Part shown: one piece after another, positions 62,645 to 63,955 of the stretch
Layout of the letters: each line of letters begins with the position of its first letter
Numbering within the stretch: position 1 is the stretch's first letter
Assembly (NCBI RefSeq): GCF_006345805.1
Contig: NC_043018.1
Coordinates: 15,872,001 to 15,935,955 of the forward strand
From: Octopus sinensis
Lineage: Eukaryota
DNA: 63,955 nt
Direction: 5' to 3'
Program-made: the position numbers and the translations under genes
The notes under the pieces: model-generated
What the model was told of the DNA's origin: nothing
The model's database searches: none
The model's input: only the letters and a program-made list of their open reading frames with translations

Positions 62645-63520
62645 GTTACTGGTACTTATTTAATCGACCCCGAAAGGATGAAAGGCAAAGCCGACCTCGG
62701 CGGAATTTGAACTCAGAACGTAGTGACAGACGAAATACCTATTTCTTACTACCCACAAGGGGCTAAACATAGAGAGGACAAATAAGGGCAGACAAACGGA
62801 TTAAGTTGATTATATCGATCCCAGTGCGTAACTGGTACTTATTTAATCGACTCTGAAATGATGATAGGCAAAGTCGACCTCGGCGGAATTTGAACTCAGA
62901 ACGTAATGACAGACGAAATACCTATTTCTTTACTACCCACAAGGGGCTAAACATAGAGAGGATAAACAAGGACAGACAACGGATTAAGTCGATTATATCG
63001 ACCTCAGTACGTAACTCGTACTTATTTTATCGACCTGGAAAGAATAATAGCTAAAGTCGATCCCCGGCGGAATTTGAACTCAGAACGTAAAGACGGACGA
63101 AATACCTATTTCTTTACTACTCACAAGGGGTTAAACACAGAGAGGACAAACAAGGGCAGACAAACGGATTAAGTTGATTATATCGACTCCAGTGCGTAAC
63201 TGGTACTTATTTAATCGACCCTGAAATGATGAAAGGCAAAGTCGACCTCGGCGGAATTTGAACTCAGAACGTAGTGACAGACGAAATACCTATTTCTTTA
63301 CTACCCACAAGGGGCTGAACATAGAGGGGACAAACATGGACAGACATAGGTATTAAGTCGATTATATCGACCCCCCCCCAGTGCTTAACTGGTACTTAAT
63401 TTATCGACCGCGAAAGGATGAAAGGCAAAGTCGACCTCGGCGGAATTTGAACTCCCAACGTAACGGCAGACGAAATACCGCTAAGCATTTCGCCCGGCGT
63501 GCTAACGTTTCTGCCAGCTA
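62645..63520 (-). repeat. SINE family C multimer: one head plus five core units, period 183-190 bp
   Basis: The core ...gacctcggcggaatttgaactc recurs at about 62693, 62876, 63059, 63244 and 63434. The full head (ctggcagaaacgttagcacgccgggcgaaatg) occurs only at the 63520 end. Confidence 0.85.
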
Positions 63521-63955
63521 CTACCGTATTGTTGGGGAGAGTTTCTTAGTAGCAAAAGCCCACGAGTGTTGATTCTGAGCCGCTTGCTCATTTTCTAATA
63601 GGAGAAGGTTGACTCTACGCATTTCCCGATCAAGAAGAGTATTGCTGTCTAAATACATGTCACCAGATAAGGTACAGTGTGTTCTAGTTACTCTTTCCCA
63701 GCGCTAAATGAACTCGTATTTCTGTATGGTTAAATGTCCCGGCAGCAATGATTAGGAAAACATAAGACCAAAGTACCTTAGCATTTATAAACTGTGAAAA
63801 ACGCTATCATGAATGATCCGACTCACGCTTCTTTCATTTATTTCAGAGTAAATAAATACCGGAAGTTCCATAAAAAAATTTTCACTTTAGAGGCACTAAA
63901 GAGGGCTTTTTATTTTCACTTTTCAATGAAACTAAAAACAAGTTTTACATTCCAG

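Noticed and set aside
62645-63520. CRISPR-like reading of the regularly spaced repeats
   Set aside because: Units are ~185 bp and homologous along their whole length, with no unique spacers and no cas genes; the DNA is eukaryotic SINE sequence.

Overview
Eukaryotic genomic DNA, AT-rich and saturated with microsatellites ((TA)n, (TG)n, (CATA)n, (GATA)n, (AAT)n). The repeat families and microsatellite density are those I associate with an octopod cephalopod (Octopus); this comes from recognition, not from a database search. Only one intact protein-coding gene is supportable: a D1-like (Dop1R1-type) dopamine receptor with an uninterrupted CDS on the minus strand. Its first ATG is at 32884 (405 aa); the ORF track starts one codon earlier on a GTG. 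The rest is a transposon landscape: at least four tRNA-headed SINE families (my labels A-D) with swapped modules, 3' fragments of RTE and CR1-group LINEs, an R4/Dong plus L1/Tx1 fragment mosaic, decayed Tc1/mariner transposases, MITEs (hAT with 8-bp TSD; mariner-type) and two non-autonomous Helitrons. The most interesting signals are not in the ORF track. (1) A short element between (TA)n tracts carries a type I hammerhead ribozyme with all core nucleotides intact (9442-9531). (2) A second, unrelated hammerhead-like motif with a variant core lies at 51148-51188. (3) A 150-bp zero-spacer palindrome is built from the 3' half of the first ribozyme element (19944-20093). Together these suggest a Penelope/retrozyme-like system in microsatellites. 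Also notable are a LINE/SINE pair sharing a 3' stem-loop, SINE multimers with a fixed junction at several loci, and a dense two-orientation SINE cluster just downstream of the receptor. Almost all ORF-track entries are microsatellite read-throughs. Repeat boundaries are approximate (about +/-10-20 bp) unless TSDs or termini are quoted.
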